Shown piece after piece: positions 62,208 through 64,000 of a stretch of 64,000 nt of DNA; position 1 is the first letter of the stretch, and each line of letters opens with the position of its first letter. A model generated the notes under the pieces. The model searched no databases and was not told the DNA's origin. It worked only from the letters and a program-made list of their open reading frames with translations. Both the position numbers and the translations under genes were made by a program. The stretch covers positions 1 to 64,000 of the IMG/VR virus record IMGVR_UViG_3300031466_000001. One strand, 5' to 3'. Origin of the DNA: a virus. Taxonomy: Duplodnaviria; Caudoviricetes.

Positions 62208-63247
62208 ATCCGCACCCTCTTTATTTTTATTTTATTAGCAGGAACTCCATAGTCAGCTTTACCATTTACAAATATTTCGTTATAAAATACATTGAATTCA
62301 GAAACCCATACCTTAAGTTCATCAATCATTTTTCTATAAATCCTAGGACTGACATTACTATCTGAAAATATATTTACTACCACATTTCCTACAACGCCCA
62401 TCTGAATAAAGTACTTTATAACATTTGTGAAAGCCGCACCATTTACTGCGGCATAAATCATATTTTCTTTTTCCCCGTTAAATATGTGACTGTATATTCC
62501 GAGGATGTCAAATATACCTTCCGCCACATTCAAATAAATGGCTTTATTTGAAAGAAGATCGATTTCGTTCGGAATTGTATAGAATTTTCTAGTGTTGTCT
62601 ATATTTTGGTAAATCGAATATTTTTCATATCTTCTGAGTTTATTGTCAAATATATTTCTAAAGTTTATAAATTCGTTTCTAGTTGTCAAGAACCCAACAT
62701 AGTTTTCATGAAGTAATAATGCTTTCTCTTTAGAAACAGTCAACTTTTCTATCCCATTATGTCTAAGAAACTGGGGAAAATTAAATATAACTTTCATTTT
62801 AGTTAACTCACCGAAAGAGAAATCTGTCCCGAGCCGATTGTTAATATAATCTCTCTTTAAAATATTCAATTTATTATTTACATCAACATCCGGCACTTCA
62901 AGATCAAAATTGTTGTCTTTAATACCGAATTGCTTGTTAACTGACTTCATAGCTTTTTTGTTATAAGAGATGAGATTGCTGTTAAGTTGTAAATCATTAA
63001 TTTTCAGAGTTCTGAGGATCGAGGGGGTCAGTATTCCCGACATCCCACAATCAGCTCTGAAGCAATTGAACAATACTGGTTCATCATCCATTAGATTTAT
63101 TCGTATATAAAAGTGAGCACTTCTTTCATTTTTCTGACTGTCCCCACAAAAAGGACATCTTATTGCAACCTCAGTTCCTTTTGGATAGAAAACATCAAGT
63201 TCAGAAAGTTTATTATACAGACGAAGTTTAAATTCTCTGTTATTCAT
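62204..63247 (-). CDS. DNA primase (T4 gp61-like zinc finger + TOPRIM)
   Basis: RCPFCGDS..HFY..FNCFRADCG; VAEGIFDIL; FSDS; KADYG; early motif at 63308-63317. Confidence 0.85.
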   Translation of the reverse strand: MNNREFKLRLYNKLSELDVFYPKGTEVAIRCPFCGDSQKNERSAHFYIRINLMDDEPVLFNCFRADCGMSGILTPSILRTLKINDLQLNSNLISYNKKAMKSVNKQFGIKDNNFDLEVPDVDVNNKLNILKRDYINNRLGTDFSFGELTKMKVIFNFPQFLRHNGIEKLTVSKEKALLLHENYVGFLTTRNEFINFRNIFDNKLRRYEKYSIYQNIDNTRKFYTIPNEIDLLSNKAIYLNVAEGIFDILGIYSHIFNGEKENMIYAAVNGAAFTNVIKYFIQMGVVGNVVVNIFSDSNVSPRIYRKMIDELKVWVSEFNVFYNEIFVNGKADYGVPANKIKIKRVRI

Positions 63248-63307
63248 TATTATCACCACCTATCTCATATTTGTTGATCCGTTTATATAAATCTAGGTTT
63301 CGATTTA

Positions 63308-63317
63308 ATAATATATA
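63308..63317 (-). promoter_or_regulatory. Early-type promoter motif TATATATTAT
   Basis: Exact motif upstream of the primase gene. Confidence 0.6.
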
Positions 63318-63345
63318 AACTAAAAAAAATAGAGGGGAGAACTAT

Positions 63346-64000
63346 TTAGGTTCTCCCCTCCTTTTTATAATTGAAACCGAGCATGAAGTATCTTCCTGTT
63401 GACGGATGAACTACACCTATTTCATATACCACAGTTTCATCATCTCTTGCTTCCTCAGCAATTCGTTCATATATGAACTTATCTTCTTCATTACCGAGTT
63501 CATAAATTCGATGATGTGTGACGGTTTGTACCCTATTTTCTGTGACAACTTTAATCGTATTACTGAGTACGTTAAACAACCATTGACCAATCTCTTTTCC
63601 ATATTTATCGATAATAGAGTCAAGATTTGTTGTTACACTTTTCATTTTTTGATCAAAAGCTTTGAAAGATATATTTTTGAATTTATGTGGTGTGTTTAAG
63701 TAATAAGGGTTAATACCCAGACAACCTTTCAAAATGTCTCGGTATTGATACTTATAAATAGTTTCAGCTTGTTTTAGACGCAGATTGATGTAATTGTATA
63801 GTTCCCTCTTTATCTGTTCATCTATAAAAGAATAAGAATATCTTTCTTCTAACTTTTTTATATCGATATTGGCGTCAATAAATACTTTTTCAGAGAATGA
63901 TTCTATAATGGCTTTTATTTGATTTGTGTGCTCATCAGAAATTAGATCAGTTAATTCATCGAAGGCACTAATGTCAAACAAGGTTATGTAAATTCGATTT
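63346..64000 (-). CDS. Hypothetical protein, 5-prime end probably outside the window
   Basis: Frame is open to the window edge; no RBS before the TTG at 63981; terminator hairpin at 63323-63367. Confidence 0.7.
   Translation of the reverse strand, partial: NRIYITLFDISAFDELTDLISDEHTNQIKAIIESFSEKVFIDANIDIKKLEERYSYSFIDEQIKRELYNYINLRLKQAETIYKYQYRDILKGCLGINPYYLNTPHKFKNISFKAFDQKMKSVTTNLDSIIDKYGKEIGQWLFNVLSNTIKVVTENRVQTVTHHRIYELGNEEDKFIYERIAEEARDDETVVYEIGVVHPSTGRYFMLGFNYKKEGRT

Overview
AT-rich segment of a jumbo myophage related to the AR9/PBS1 and phiKZ-like phages. The host is probably a Bacillota cell, judging from strong Shine-Dalgarno sites, SH3b, M23 and GH73 cell-wall domains, and a B. subtilis-type ThyA. 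The window encodes two subunits of a split virion-type multisubunit RNA polymerase (large beta; N-terminal beta-prime with the DYDGD motif), ThyA and DHFR, a 3199-aa tape-measure-like protein with two muralytic domains, baseplate and tail proteins, a paralogous set of Glu-processed head proteins, RusA, a FEN-like protein, a PC4/YdbC protein and a primase. Two phage promoter classes can be read directly from the sequence: early-type TAYAYATTAT, and late-type AACA-N6-TA lying 24-36 nt before start codons. Many bidirectional intrinsic terminators are also visible. The most notable unannotated signals are: (1) three promoter-bearing, structured RNA units carrying Shine-Dalgarno-equipped micro-ORFs of 7, 14, 9 and 24 aa, one with a helix that hides a downstream ribosome-binding site; (2) a probable -1 programmed frameshift in the T4 gp26-like chaperone gene; (3) AR9-type late promoters in a genome that makes dTMP; (4) modular virion polyproteins; (5) several frameshifted or chimeric accessory genes. 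All functional calls come from motif recognition by eye; no database searches were run.
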